Made by a program: the position numbers and the translations under genes
In this document: positions 16,135-24,804 of the stretch, in pieces
How positions within the stretch are numbered: the stretch's first letter is position 1
How the letters are laid out: each line of letters begins with the position of its first letter
From: Candidatus Marsarchaeota G2 archaeon ECH_B_1
GTDB taxonomy: Archaea; Thermoproteota; Thermoprotei_A; Marsarchaeales; Marsarchaeaceae
DNA: 32,000 nt
Assembly (NCBI GenBank): GCA_003019535.1
Contig: NEXG01000007.1
Location: 55,374 to 87,373, forward strand
Direction: 5' to 3'
The notes under the pieces: model-generated
Database searches by the model: none
Told to the model about the DNA's origin: nothing
What the model saw: only the letters and a program-made list of their open reading frames with translations

Positions 16135-16302
16135 GTGAACACCAAGCTTGTTTACACAATAGCTGTACTCATCCTCTTCATAGGCATGATTGGTCTCACG
16201 TTTAGCGTGAGCCGCAACCCCCTCTATGCCGCGATGATGGGTGGACTAGTGTGCCTGTTCGGATGGCTCACACTAAATGCGGCAACACGCACCCAGACCT
16301 AA
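16135..16302 (+). CDS. Candidate 55-aa two-helix membrane protein (below the ORF-track length cutoff)
   Basis: I translated it by hand: GTG 16135 ... TAA 16300-16302 gives VNTKLVYTIAVLILFIGMIGLTFSVSRNPLYAAMMGGLVCLFGWLTLNAATRTQT. It starts 14 nt after the previous stop and ends 15 nt before the reverse gyrase stop. Confidence 0.4.
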   Translation: MNTKLVYTIAVLILFIGMIGLTFSVSRNPLYAAMMGGLVCLFGWLTLNAATRTQT

Positions 16303-16317
16303 AGGTCGTAGCAAAAG

Positions 16318-19300
16318 CTAATTCACCCTTTTAGCTATACTCTTGATAAGTTGGAAATCTTTGAAACATTGTTGCACTATGGCTTTATAGTCTATTAACC
16401 CATCCTCTATGCCTTGAAGCTTCTGCTGTAGGTCAGCGGTGTACTCCTCTCCTAACACTGTGGTTAAGCTCTTTAGCTCGCTGTTAAGGAAGCCATAAAT
16501 ACTCTTACCCGTGGTGGTTGGCACAAGCCTGTTACGCGGCGTGGGAAAAATGTAGCCGTGCTGTTTGAGCTTCTCAATTGTGGATGCATACGTGGAGGGT
16601 CGACCTATCCTCTTAGCCTTCATGTATGCAACTGTTTCACCTTCTGTGGGTAGGAGTGATGTTGAAGACACCGCATAGTTTAACTCCGTGACACGTAGGC
16701 TTTGACCTTGAGTAAGAGGAATGGTCATACGTGGAGGGTTGACGCGTGTGAAGCCATCCACCTCGACATCCACGTACCCCTCCACCTGGGTGCGGAGACC
16801 TTCAACCTCAAGCTGAGCTCTTTGCCTAACCAACACTGAGGGAGACATCTGGCTTGCTATAAACCTCCTAAATATCTGGTCGTAGAGTCTCAGATGCCTA
16901 TAATCCAGATACTCGGCGCCCTGAATCTCCAGCAGGTCGATCTGACGCTTCAACTCCTCCGCGTTGAGGGGTCTGGTTGGCCTGATGCACTCATGAGCCC
17001 CTTCTTCACCCCATTTCCTAGGCTGGAAGAGCTGCTTCCACTCCTTACCCCAAGTTGACTCAAGATAAACACGGGCTATCTCGATGCCCGCTGAAGACAC
17101 GTGCGTGTGATCCGTGCGGTGATAGGTTATTAACCCAGCCTCGAAGAGGTCCTGTAGGCGACGCATTATTTCACCCACAGACCACCCGAAGCTACGAGAC
17201 GCATCTTCAAGTATGGCGTCAGTGGTATATGGGGGAGGTGGTTTGACCTCAACCTTCTCTTTCTCCACTGTGGTTACGATGACCGCTGAGCTGGTGAGCC
17301 GCTCCCTGAGAACCTTAACTTGTTTTGCGTCGAGTTGTTTGAAGGGCACCGTCAGCGAGACCGTAAGCGTTCGACCGCCCCCGGCGTCGCACGTTAGCCT
17401 AAACCTTCTAACCTTATTAGCCTTAAACTCCTCGCTTTTCTTTATCACATAGCCAAGGGTTGGCAGCTGAACTCTACCCACGGGCACACGCAACCTCTCC
17501 ACACCGTGGGTCAACACTTTACGCTTATTCTTTGTAAGCAACTCTGTGAGCCCGTAGCCCACCCACCTGTCATCTATGCGTCTGACTATCTGCGCCGTGA
17601 CCATGTTTAGGTTTATGTCTGAAGCATTGTTTATGGCTTCTAGAACAGCGTTGGGGGTTACCTCATGAAACCTCACCCTCTTAATGTTTGGGGTAAACGG
17701 GGAAAGAAGCATAACTAGGTCCCACGCTATCTTCTCACCCTCCGAGTCGGGGTCTGTTCCAATATAAACAGTGGGCACATCCGCGGCAACCTTCCTAAGA
17801 GCCTCCACCACCTCCATCGAGCTCTGAACATCATCTGAGCCACACTTGGGGCAAACACTCTTGGTACCAGTGAACTGTACACCACAGCTTCTACATCGGC
17901 TTAGAAAATCGTAGAGAGGCACAAAGTGGTTGTTCATCTTAATAACGCCATAATTCTCCCTCTTACGCGCCTCATTGGGTAAATCGATAATGTGGCCGCC
18001 AGAGGATGTTATCGTGAAGAGAGTGTTGTTTATTACAACCTCATAGAAAACCTTACCTTTAAAGTAGAGCCTACCAGGTCTGCCGAAGAAGTTGGCTATC
18101 GTGCGAGCCTTGTTGGGTGACTCAACTATGAGTAGAGCCGTCTTTATAAGATCGGTTTCCGACTTAGCTTTCGCGTTAAACCTACGGTCTTCATCTATCT
18201 CTCTTAATACTTCATCCAAATCCAACTCCTCCAGCTTATACCACTTCGTATTAGATGAGGCTATCTGCATCGACCGCTGCAGAGCGGACATAACCCGTGG
18301 GTTATCCACAAGCACAATTGACAAGCCCTTGGCTAGTTTACCCCCGAAAAGCCTACTCGAACGACCACTAGCCTGAATATACGTCTTAACGTCGGGTGCG
18401 AGAACAAGTGGGCCTTCGGGGGTCTCCTGGATGATCAACCTATCGGACTGTGTGAGTTCGTGTAGCATGTTGGGTGTGGCAAGCTGGTTATGAAATATCA
18501 TCCTACCCACCCCTATCTCCTCCTGAACTTGACCCAAATAGCCCGTGAGCTGCCTGTTCTCCTTTATTGCGAGCTCCACCATCCTTAAATCTGAAGGGGA
18601 AAGGTTCTGCACCATCTTACGGAGCTTAACCGCTTGCTGGAACGTCTTCTGACGCTCGATTGGGTCCCTAATCAGCTCAGACATGGCGTACAATAGCCTT
18701 ATTATCCCAAGTGGTGAGAGCTCTTCATCCTCGAGCCTACTCGAGAATTTTGGGACGCCTACGAAAACCGTGTACCTAACCGACTGAGGCAGGTCTATTC
18801 CCCGCACAAGCTTGCCATAGTAGCTAGCCGGACCCACAAGTACGTCTATCTTCATTGACGCGAATTCATCCACACGCTTGTGGAAATACGAACTTGTCTG
18901 CGACGCTTTAACACCAGCCTGGTTCAGAGCCTCTTCAATCTTCTTAGCGGTCTCCCTCCCATAATCCTTCGCCACGAATATGAGGCCACCTCTACCCAGC
19001 CTTTTCACCAAACTCACAACCTGCCCCAACACATCATCATCGAGCTTGGCTTCCACATCAACAATGTTTCTAAGGTAGGTGGCGGAGGAGCCAGCGTCGA
19101 AGCCGAATAGCTCCCTGAAAACCTTCACCTTTAGGCCGCGAGGTCGAGCGGTGGCGCTGGACACAATAAGCTGCCCAAGGTTACTATGAGTATTCTTATA
19201 TTCATCTATCTGTTTTCTCAGCGTCTTATACCTACTTAGCAGTGAGTCCACTTCCTCAGTTCTCACTTCACCCTGAGCGAAGAGTCTTGCGAGGCGGATG

Positions 19301-20055
19301 CGCAGGAGTATGGCTTCAGTGGCGATCCCCTGCACCTCTTCGCTGAAACCCAACAGTCTTATAACCCTGTCAATATTCACACTCTTCCTAAGCAATGCAT
19401 CCACATCATCCACAAGTATTAAGCCAAAGCCAATTTTGAGGAGACGTTCAAAAAGGTTACCCAATCCAGCGGCGGTGACCACCACTATGTTAGCCGAAGC
19501 GTCATCAACCATGCTCAGCGCCTCCCTCTTAGCCTTACCAGTCTCTTCACCGTGTAATTCAGCCACCTTTATTGTGTGGTCGTACACCGCCGAATACCGC
19601 TTAACCCACCCAGCGGTTTGACGTGCCAGCAGAGCTGTGGGCGACACCATAAGCACCCTCTTACCCATCCTCGCCATGTACACCGCCAACACACTCAGAA
19701 ACGTGGTTTTACCAACTCCGGTGGGCGCTATTATAGAGAAACTCTCCCCCCTTAGACACCTCTTAGCCCAGGTTAGCTGAGCACTCCAAGGCTCCCTGGA
19801 TGTTAAACTATGGAAGACGTTCACGAATTCCTTGGCTCTATCTTCGAGGTTAACTATCTCACGGTAGCGGTTAAGCGTGCCCTGCCTGTCTAGCTGTGAC
19901 GCGACCAAGCTGTGCCACTCTTCAATGCTACGAGTAGCGGGGTCAACTGGTTCAGGCAGGCACTTCTCACAGGGAAGGCCTCTCTCAAGTCTACTACTTG
20001 TAATCATCCCACCACAGTTTGGGCAGGCTGAAACGAATATTGCTAATTCGGTCAA
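16318..20055 (-). CDS. rgy: Reverse gyrase (helicase-like domain fused to a type IA topoisomerase)
   Basis: 1245 aa. N-terminal Zn finger CPNCGG...CEKC, Walker A APTGVGKTT, DEAD-like LILVDDVDAL, a TOPRIM-like region (LLIVESPNKA), a second Zn finger CRSCG...CPKCG and the catalytic Tyr context LITYHRTD. The TTG start is required to include the Zn finger. Confidence 0.98.
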   Translation of the reverse strand: MTELAIFVSACPNCGGMITSSRLERGLPCEKCLPEPVDPATRSIEEWHSLVASQLDRQGTLNRYREIVNLEDRAKEFVNVFHSLTSREPWSAQLTWAKRCLRGESFSIIAPTGVGKTTFLSVLAVYMARMGKRVLMVSPTALLARQTAGWVKRYSAVYDHTIKVAELHGEETGKAKREALSMVDDASANIVVVTAAGLGNLFERLLKIGFGLILVDDVDALLRKSVNIDRVIRLLGFSEEVQGIATEAILLRIRLARLFAQGEVRTEEVDSLLSRYKTLRKQIDEYKNTHSNLGQLIVSSATARPRGLKVKVFRELFGFDAGSSATYLRNIVDVEAKLDDDVLGQVVSLVKRLGRGGLIFVAKDYGRETAKKIEEALNQAGVKASQTSSYFHKRVDEFASMKIDVLVGPASYYGKLVRGIDLPQSVRYTVFVGVPKFSSRLEDEELSPLGIIRLLYAMSELIRDPIERQKTFQQAVKLRKMVQNLSPSDLRMVELAIKENRQLTGYLGQVQEEIGVGRMIFHNQLATPNMLHELTQSDRLIIQETPEGPLVLAPDVKTYIQASGRSSRLFGGKLAKGLSIVLVDNPRVMSALQRSMQIASSNTKWYKLEELDLDEVLREIDEDRRFNAKAKSETDLIKTALLIVESPNKARTIANFFGRPGRLYFKGKVFYEVVINNTLFTITSSGGHIIDLPNEARKRENYGVIKMNNHFVPLYDFLSRCRSCGVQFTGTKSVCPKCGSDDVQSSMEVVEALRKVAADVPTVYIGTDPDSEGEKIAWDLVMLLSPFTPNIKRVRFHEVTPNAVLEAINNASDINLNMVTAQIVRRIDDRWVGYGLTELLTKNKRKVLTHGVERLRVPVGRVQLPTLGYVIKKSEEFKANKVRRFRLTCDAGGGRTLTVSLTVPFKQLDAKQVKVLRERLTSSAVIVTTVEKEKVEVKPPPPYTTDAILEDASRSFGWSVGEIMRRLQDLFEAGLITYHRTDHTHVSSAGIEIARVYLESTWGKEWKQLFQPRKWGEEGAHECIRPTRPLNAEELKRQIDLLEIQGAEYLDYRHLRLYDQIFRRFIASQMSPSVLVRQRAQLEVEGLRTQVEGYVDVEVDGFTRVNPPRMTIPLTQGQSLRVTELNYAVSSTSLLPTEGETVAYMKAKRIGRPSTYASTIEKLKQHGYIFPTPRNRLVPTTTGKSIYGFLNSELKSLTTVLGEEYTADLQQKLQGIEDGLIDYKAIVQQCFKDFQLIKSIAKRVN

Positions 20056-20078
20056 TGCTGCTTCACTACTCTGCCATC

Positions 20079-20086
20079 ATTATATA
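20079..20086 (-). promoter_or_regulatory. TATA box for reverse gyrase
   Basis: TATATAAT on the minus strand is centred 27 nt upstream of TTG 20055. Confidence 0.5.
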
Positions 20087-20145
20087 GACTTTTTGGACGA
20101 AAAAATGAGGAGCGGTGGGTTCTAAAAGGTTTTACGCTAGTGGGT

Positions 20146-21399
20146 TTACACACGGCTACGCAAAACAGTGTTCGGGGAAATAGTCGCGTTGGTTTCAACC
20201 CTAGATGAGGGATAGAGCACACTGTTAGCACCTATTCTTGCACCATTTCCAATCACCGAGCCCATCTTATGGATTGGTCGACCGTTACTTATTGTGGGCT
20301 CAAGCCTTGCAGGCATTTCAGAGTCGCGAAGAACACTCAGAGTGGTCACATGTGGCTCGAATACAACCTTCATACCAACCACGCTATTACCAACAAAGCA
20401 ACCCCTCCCAACCCATGTTCCAGGCCCTAACACACTCCCACTAACCTCCGTGTACGCCCCAATAGACACCCCCTCCTCAAGAGAGGAAAAGCTGTGAACC
20501 AAGGCGCCAGTTCCCACGTACACATTCCTACCAATATACGCTGGTCCCCTAATAACCGCGTGGTGGTCAACTACTGCACCCTCCTCGATAACCACCGGGG
20601 GCTCTATTATCGCCGTAGGGGACACCCTAGAGTGAATGCTGATAGAACTCTGCTTTAACTCGCCTAGAAGCTTTGAGGACGCGGTGAGAACATCCCAAGG
20701 GTAGCCCAAATCCACCCACACACCCTCCCAAACGCTTATTCCAAGAGTGTAAGTCTCAGCAAATCTGTTTAGCACACCGATAAACCCATCCTCCTCCCCT
20801 CCAAACTCAAATATCGATGTTGGAAGCACAAACGCGCCTGCCAGCACATAGCCGCCCATATTTGGGTCGAGCGACACGGGCTTCTCCACTATCTTCTCTA
20901 TAGCACCGTTCGACCCCAGTTTAACCACACCATAAGTGGTAACATCCTTTTGGAGCACGACTGAGGCAACAGGGTAGCCAGCGGCTGATGAATCCTCTAC
21001 GAGCTTAGCATAGAAGCGGGGGGTTGAGACTATGTCGCCATAGCTCAGAAGGAAGCTTCCTTCACCAACACGGCCGACCAATGAGTTCTTAGCCGCAACG
21101 AGTGCACCCCAAACCTCCCTTAAGGAGCCCTGCTCCACCACCTCAACTTCGAGCCCTAACTCCTCACCCACCTGTAGTGCCCTCCGTCTGAGCTGCTCGC
21201 TGCCCTGGATAACTACGATAACCCCCTCTATTCCCGCAGTTTTGAGTCCCTGAAGTATACGGGTTAGCACATCCACGCCGAGAAGTGTTATCAGAGATTT
21301 AGGCAACCCCACCGAGAGGGGCTCCATGTCTCTGCCGGAGCCTCCACATAGCACCACAGCGTATCTAATAGAGGAGTCAAATGAATCCATGCATCTCAC
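20146..21399 (-). CDS. Sugar-1-phosphate nucleotidylyltransferase with a C-terminal left-handed beta-helix acetyltransferase-like domain (archaeal GlmU-like)
   Basis: N-terminal NTP-transferase loop VVLCGGSGRDMEPLS...LPKSL. The C-terminal half is made of hexapeptide-type repeats (IGRNVYVGTGALV, VSIGAYTEVSGSV, GARIGANSVL). GTG 21399 overlaps the glmS stop (GTGA). Confidence 0.8.
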   Translation of the reverse strand: MRCMDSFDSSIRYAVVLCGGSGRDMEPLSVGLPKSLITLLGVDVLTRILQGLKTAGIEGVIVVIQGSEQLRRRALQVGEELGLEVEVVEQGSLREVWGALVAAKNSLVGRVGEGSFLLSYGDIVSTPRFYAKLVEDSSAAGYPVASVVLQKDVTTYGVVKLGSNGAIEKIVEKPVSLDPNMGGYVLAGAFVLPTSIFEFGGEEDGFIGVLNRFAETYTLGISVWEGVWVDLGYPWDVLTASSKLLGELKQSSISIHSRVSPTAIIEPPVVIEEGAVVDHHAVIRGPAYIGRNVYVGTGALVHSFSSLEEGVSIGAYTEVSGSVLGPGTWVGRGCFVGNSVVGMKVVFEPHVTTLSVLRDSEMPARLEPTISNGRPIHKMGSVIGNGARIGANSVLYPSSRVETNATISPNTVLRSRV

Positions 21400-23243
21400 T
21401 CCACTGTTACAGTCTTTGCAAGGTTGCGTGGTTTGTCGGGGTCGTAACCCCTGCTCAACGCCAAATAATACGCGAGGAGCTGTAATGTGGGCGCGAACAG
21501 AATTGTATTGATTACTGGTAGAGCAGATGAAAGAGTAAAGGTGTAGTCGAAGCCTGCGAGTGTATGGTTTTCACCTGCTGGTATCAACCCCACCGTGTAA
21601 GCATCCCTACTCTTCATCTCCACTAGGTTGGACGACAACTGCTCGAAGGTTCCAGTGTCAGATGCAACAAACACTACGGGGAACATACGAGCCACCAAAC
21701 TTATTGGACCATGCTTCGATTCTCCCGCCTCATATGCCTCACAGTGAATGTAAGAGACCTCCTTGATTTTGAGTGCGCCCTCCTTTGCAAGAGGCACACC
21801 AAGCCCCCTACTCAAACAATACATGCTAGACCTATCTCTAAGAATACGAGCCAACTCTTTAGCACTTGGCTCCGATATATTAATATTCTTCTCGACTAGT
21901 TCCGGCGCCTCTTCTAGATGCTTTAGGAACGCTGTATACTCATCTTCACGTAGCTTCCCATTCATCACGCCCAGCTTGGCCGCGAGAAACACAAGCGAAG
22001 CCACTTGAGTGATGAAGGTCTTTGTGGCTGCAACACCGATCTCGGGACCAGCCTTAGTGTACAGCTGCAGATCCGACTCACGCGCTATAGCACTATCCAT
22101 CATATTTGTGAGCGAAACCACCATAGCCCCACGCTCCTTGAACTCTCTGAGTGCGAGCAAGGTATCTATCGTCTCACCCGACTGGCTCACAGCTACCACA
22201 CAATCACCCTCCTCAACACCCAGAGCGTGCAGGGCGTACTCCGAGGAAACCACTGGATAAGAAACCATGCCCCCAAGCGTCAGCAGGGCGTCTCTTGCCG
22301 CAAGTGTAGCATGGTGGGCGGTTCCCGCGGCGACCAAGAAAATCCTCTTCGAAGAGAGCATAACCTCAGCCGCTCTCTGATATGAGCCGTCATCCAAAAG
22401 AGACTTCACAGTGTCGGCTAGAACACGGGGCTGCTCATGTATCTCCTTAATCATATAGTGGGGGTATCCACCCTTACGCGCTAGCTCTGGTGTCCACCCG
22501 ATTTTGCGTATTCTACCAGATAGATCCACCCTACGCGCCGAGGCCAAATCCTCCACTACAACTGAGCCGTCTAAAGCAATGAAGCCCACCTCACCATCAG
22601 ATAGAGCCACCACTCTATCAGTGTACTCTAGGAAAGCCGGGATATCGCTCGCAACAAACAGGGCATCACTGGATATTCCGAGAACAAGAGGCGAGTTGCG
22701 CCTCGCAAAGAATATCTTGTCGGGTTCCTGTGTTATTAAGGCTAGAAACGAATACGAACCGGCTATACTCATTAGCGCAGCCTTAAAGGCGTGGTAACCC
22801 CCATAGCCAGCCGCAAGCTTCTCTTCGATTAGGTGGGCGAACACCTCCGTATCCGTCTCACTCATAAACCTGTGTCCACGCGCAAGCAACTCTTGCTTAA
22901 GAAGCGAATAGTTTGATATAATACCATTGTGAACAACCGCGACCCTACCCGTACAGTCCCTGTGGGGGTGAGCGTTAATATCGTTTGGCTTACCGTGAGT
23001 AGCCCACCTCGTGTGACCCATACCAACATCACCGTTAAGACGGTCAAACCCCTGAGTCACACTAACATCCTTTATCTTGCCCTTACCCTTCCTGATCACC
23101 AACTCATTTTCAACTATACACGCAAGCCCTACGGAGTCATAACCCCTATACTCGAGCTTCTCTAGGCTCTGCCTAATGATTTGGCCAAGAGGTTGACCCA
23201 GCCTCGCTTTCGACAGCCTAACAACACCTATTATGCCGCACAA
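21396..23243 (-). CDS. glmS: Glutamine--fructose-6-phosphate aminotransferase (isomerising)
   Basis: CGIIG N-terminal nucleophile motif, HTRWATHG, two SIS domains and the C-terminus AKTVTVE. The start is placed at TTG 23243 so that Cys is residue 2. The ORF track extends to GTG 23252. Confidence 0.95.
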   Translation of the reverse strand: MCGIIGVVRLSKARLGQPLGQIIRQSLEKLEYRGYDSVGLACIVENELVIRKGKGKIKDVSVTQGFDRLNGDVGMGHTRWATHGKPNDINAHPHRDCTGRVAVVHNGIISNYSLLKQELLARGHRFMSETDTEVFAHLIEEKLAAGYGGYHAFKAALMSIAGSYSFLALITQEPDKIFFARRNSPLVLGISSDALFVASDIPAFLEYTDRVVALSDGEVGFIALDGSVVVEDLASARRVDLSGRIRKIGWTPELARKGGYPHYMIKEIHEQPRVLADTVKSLLDDGSYQRAAEVMLSSKRIFLVAAGTAHHATLAARDALLTLGGMVSYPVVSSEYALHALGVEEGDCVVAVSQSGETIDTLLALREFKERGAMVVSLTNMMDSAIARESDLQLYTKAGPEIGVAATKTFITQVASLVFLAAKLGVMNGKLREDEYTAFLKHLEEAPELVEKNINISEPSAKELARILRDRSSMYCLSRGLGVPLAKEGALKIKEVSYIHCEAYEAGESKHGPISLVARMFPVVFVASDTGTFEQLSSNLVEMKSRDAYTVGLIPAGENHTLAGFDYTFTLSSALPVINTILFAPTLQLLAYYLALSRGYDPDKPRNLAKTVTVE

Positions 23244-23267
23244 GACAAACACTTACGTGAGCCCCGC

Positions 23268-23275
23268 ATAATAAA
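23268..23275 (-). promoter_or_regulatory. TATA box for the glmS operon
   Basis: TTTATTAT on the minus strand is centred about 27 nt upstream of TTG 23243. This places GTG 23252 upstream of the expected TSS. Confidence 0.5.
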
Positions 23276-23326
23276 CCTTGCACAACATTCACCCACTAAC
23301 TACCCATCTGCTCTTTAGCTAGAGTA

Positions 23327-23637
23327 GGATCCAGACAAAGCGTATTGGAAACCCGAATATGTTCCCATTGTTCAAGACAACATTTCATAATACTACACCC
23401 TTCTCGGGCTACCTGAGCACGGTGGGTGTGTGACCAGTGAGAGCGGGCTAGCGTGGCTAAGTGTTCAGATGACCCCTCAACATGGAAACTTACACATGAT
23501 TGATGTTTATCCAGACACTCTCTCCCCCCTGCGCCGAATGGAAACACGAGCTAGTATAACGAGTTGTTGGAAAAACTCAGCGCCTTAGTGAGCTTATCAA
23601 GCACGAATTTCTTGATGCCTTGCTTTGGATCCAGACA
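23327..23637. repeat. Three dispersed copies of ATCCAGACA (23329-23337, 23509-23517, 23629-23637)
   Basis: Exact 9-mer found three times in 310 bp. Copies 1 and 3 extend to GGATCCAGACA and are followed 13-16 nt later by (G/T)AACCCGAA(T)A. Copies 2 and 3 are preceded by TTGATG. Confidence 0.7.
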
Positions 23638-24706
23638 GAGGATGTGTTGAACCCGAAATACCTCCTTCTCGTAGAACTTGATCAGCATCTTTGACCACAG
23701 TTCCCCCGCACGCCTTTCTTAGTCTATTCATTACAGCTAGACCCACGCCAGATTCGTTGAACGGCTCAACTAAACCTAACGGTTCTGTTCTCCTGTCGAA
23801 AACACGCAAGGCGTGGAAAAGGTTCTTTGCAACTTCGTAGAGGTCTCCTCGGCTACCCAGCACGATTGTTGGGGCGCCTATATAAGCGGAGGTTTCACGG
23901 GAACACAGTACTACGTGGTTAACTCCCCTCATAGACAGTTCGCGAGATAGTTGTACGAGAACACTCTGGTCTGCGGCCATGAACAGGGGCTTGGTGGGTG
24001 CGTAGTGCTTGTACTTCATGCCCGGAGCGATTGGCCTATCCGCTGCTACCCCGCGGGCATAGATGGACACTTCGAGTTTGGGGAAGAGTTTTGAGAGCTC
24101 TTCAGGGGTATAGGGTCCAGGTCTAATGACGGTTACACGTGAATCTTCAACTTTCAGGATTGTTGACTCCACTCCGAAGAATGTTTCACCCCCATCGAGC
24201 ACTAAATCCACTTTCCCCCAGAGGTCCTCCACCACGTGTTCAGCACGAGTGGGACTCGGTTTCGTCGAGGTGTTAGCGCTAGGTGCGGCTATTGGAACCC
24301 TGCTTTCATCGATGAGTCTAAGCGCCACTGGATGAGCGGGCATCCTTACAGCTACAGTGTCGAGGCCAGCGGTGACTTCATCTGGAACGACCTTCTTACG
24401 GGGTAATACCACTGTAAGCGGGCCAGGCCAAAACTTTCGAAGCGGCTCCAGCAGCCACGGAGGTGGTTCGGCCACACTTCGTAGCCCATCAAAACTAGAA
24501 ACATGAACAATGAGTGGGTTGTCCACTGGTCTACCCTTGGCGTTGAAAACCCTGCGAGCCGCTGAACCATCGAGGGCGTTTGCACCAAGCCCATAAACGG
24601 TTTCCGTGGGGAAGGCCACAAGGCCTCCCCCCGCTATTATGCGGGCCCCAAAGCGCACCCCCCAAGGTTCAGGGTTGAGCGGATCGACCTTTATTATAAC
24701 AGTCAA
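23597..24706 (-). CDS. sua5: Threonylcarbamoyl-AMP synthase, Sua5 type (YrdC plus Sua5 domains)
   Basis: LVAFPTETVYGLGANA, KGRPVDNPLIVHV, PLTVVLP, APSAN and a C-terminal Sua5 domain. TTG start. About 30 aa of low-complexity C-terminal tail. Confidence 0.92.
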   Translation of the reverse strand: MTVIIKVDPLNPEPWGVRFGARIIAGGGLVAFPTETVYGLGANALDGSAARRVFNAKGRPVDNPLIVHVSSFDGLRSVAEPPPWLLEPLRKFWPGPLTVVLPRKKVVPDEVTAGLDTVAVRMPAHPVALRLIDESRVPIAAPSANTSTKPSPTRAEHVVEDLWGKVDLVLDGGETFFGVESTILKVEDSRVTVIRPGPYTPEELSKLFPKLEVSIYARGVAADRPIAPGMKYKHYAPTKPLFMAADQSVLVQLSRELSMRGVNHVVLCSRETSAYIGAPTIVLGSRGDLYEVAKNLFHALRVFDRRTEPLGLVEPFNESGVGLAVMNRLRKACGGTVVKDADQVLREGGISGSTHPLSGSKARHQEIRA

Positions 24707-24804
24707 GTCAAATACCTAACTTGTAACACAGATTAAGGATTAGCGCTTCGTAGAAGGAGACCGTTAGCATTAAGTTTGATATTACACATAACCGTAAATA
24801 TCTT

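Noticed and set aside
16318-20055. Possible intein or insertion in reverse gyrase (also considered for glmS and sdhA)
   Set aside because: Lengths are normal for the families, conserved motifs are contiguous, and I saw no intein block (C/S...HN) signatures.
23296-23547. 83-codon GTG ORF in the glmS-sua5 spacer
   Set aside because: Its composition (6 Cys, many His/Ser/Gln, few Lys/Glu/Ile) is unlike every other protein in the window. It has no TATA box at the proper distance. I treat the region as non-coding (see the repeat finding).
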